A model generated the notes under the pieces. It searched no databases. It worked only from the letters and a program-made list of their open reading frames with translations, and had not been told where the DNA came from. A DNA stretch of 52,208 nucleotides from a virus: positions 1 through 52,208 of IMG/VR virus record IMGVR_UViG_3300030330_006035; one strand, given 5' to 3'. Shown piece by piece: positions 52,110 through 52,208 of the stretch. Numbering within the stretch: the stretch's first letter is position 1; each line of letters opens with the position of its first letter. A program made the translations under genes and the position numbers.

Positions 52110-52208
52110 ATATATAGCAACAACCGGACGGCCAGGGGGTCGGACGGGGGTAGCACAGTGTGTGCTAGGCGAGCTAGCACTGTGCTACGCCGTTTGTTTG
52201 TTTGTATG
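52110..52208. repeat. Terminal identity, copy 2 (identical to 1-99).
   Basis: Same 99-nt string as the window start. Confidence 0.95.

Noticed and set aside
1-52208. Prophage or temperate features: att sites, integrase, repressor, excisionase.
   Set aside because: The terminal 99-nt identity is a closure overlap inside a control region, not flanking att repeats. No tyrosine or serine recombinase motifs or CI-like repressor were seen in any ORF. I cannot exclude divergent versions without a profile search.

Overview
The window is a complete, closed dsDNA tailed-phage genome. nt 1-99 are identical to nt 52110-52208, leaving 52,109 unique nt, which looks like a circular assembly overlap. Genes form two arms. 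The rightward (+) early and DNA-metabolism arm runs 50262->51919, crosses the junction, then 128->16514. It encodes an SF3/D5-like helicase, a DUF736-like protein and many small ORFs punctuated by GC-rich stem-loops or terminators. It also encodes a translationally coupled Ubl / E2-like / JAB / E1-like operon, a family-4 uracil-DNA glycosylase and a family-A DNA polymerase. Further along are a double-HTH protein, an ERCC4-type nuclease, two tiny basic peptides, membrane proteins, a PD-(D/E)XK exonuclease and a Sak4/AAA_24-like ATPase. The leftward (-) late arm runs 50247->16450. It encodes the large terminase, portal, scaffold-like protein, a 539-aa capsid candidate, a collagen-like fibre and a 663-aa extremely Cys-rich protein. 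It also has 1607-aa and 1260-aa giant proteins, several A/G/Q-rich ORFs with hydrophobic segments, five tandem tiny basic ORFs and a secreted Cys/Trp-rich protein with a dockerin-like tail. It ends with a metallophosphoesterase, an acidic 62-aa protein and an ECF-like sigma factor. I saw no tRNA, rRNA, CRISPR array, integrase, repressor, reverse transcriptase or recognisable endolysin. The most notable feature is the phage-borne ubiquitin-like conjugation operon (3719-6392). Other items worth a second look are the eight protamine-like micro-ORFs, the disulfide-rich fibre module, the palindrome-rich non-coding control region at the junction, and two long +1-frame gene overlaps. All functional calls come from motifs read by eye in the supplied translations. 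No database search was run.
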